This document shows positions 55,331 to 55,342 of a DNA stretch of 55,342 nucleotides, piece by piece. Positions within the stretch are counted from its first letter, which is position 1. Every line of letters starts with the position of its first letter. A program made the position numbers and the translations under genes. The stretch comes from a virus (taxonomy: Duplodnaviria; Caudoviricetes). The notes under the pieces are model-generated. The model saw nothing but the letters and a program-made list of their open reading frames with translations, was not told the origin of the DNA and searched no databases. Location of the stretch: the IMG/VR virus record IMGVR_UViG_3300020220_000067, positions 1-55,342 of that record; one strand, 5' to 3'.

Positions 55331-55342
55331 AAACGTTTAACT

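Noticed and set aside
1-55342. Eukaryotic giant virus or bacterial chromosome origin
   Set aside because: Bacterial-type terminators, Bacteroidota promoters and a T9SS domain argue against a eukaryotic virus; the lack of housekeeping genes and dominance of small orphan ORFs argue against a chromosome.

Overview
This is a very AT-rich, gene-dense segment that reads as part of a large (jumbo-type) phage genome with a Bacteroidota host. The host inference rests on TAnnTTTG host-type promoters, no Shine-Dalgarno sites, a T9SS type-B cargo gene and Rho-independent terminators. No core phage genes (capsid, terminase, polymerase, prohead protease) are in the window, so the phage assignment is itself an inference. 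The main signal is about 30 otherwise unrelated proteins that share a few short N-terminal leader families (MKKIIRLTESDLxRIVxRVIxE, MKIIISESQ, MxKxRFxxLLESxxGNxKPLIxE, FxISExEKxRIL, MNLQENIxRI). These leaders contain or end in (L/I/V)-x-E sites. Most of these genes sit behind a TATTTAT motif, and many are followed by their own terminator. This resembles a greatly expanded version of the T4 internal-protein system (capsid-targeting sequence plus gp21 cleavage after L/I-x-E): a cassette array of virion-packaged cargo, including an M23 peptidase, SGNH and alpha/beta hydrolases, OmpA-like proteins, a poly-Asp protein and cleavable polyproteins. Also present are a repeat-rich, mostly non-coding region at about 2.2-4.3 kb (candidate origin), a SprB-repeat T9SS substrate, four large consecutive proteins at 33-42 kb, a 13-gene glycan synthesis cluster at 42-52 kb, and a tRNA-Arg(TCT) overlapped antisense by an HNH endonuclease. 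All domain calls come from motif recognition by eye; no database search was run.
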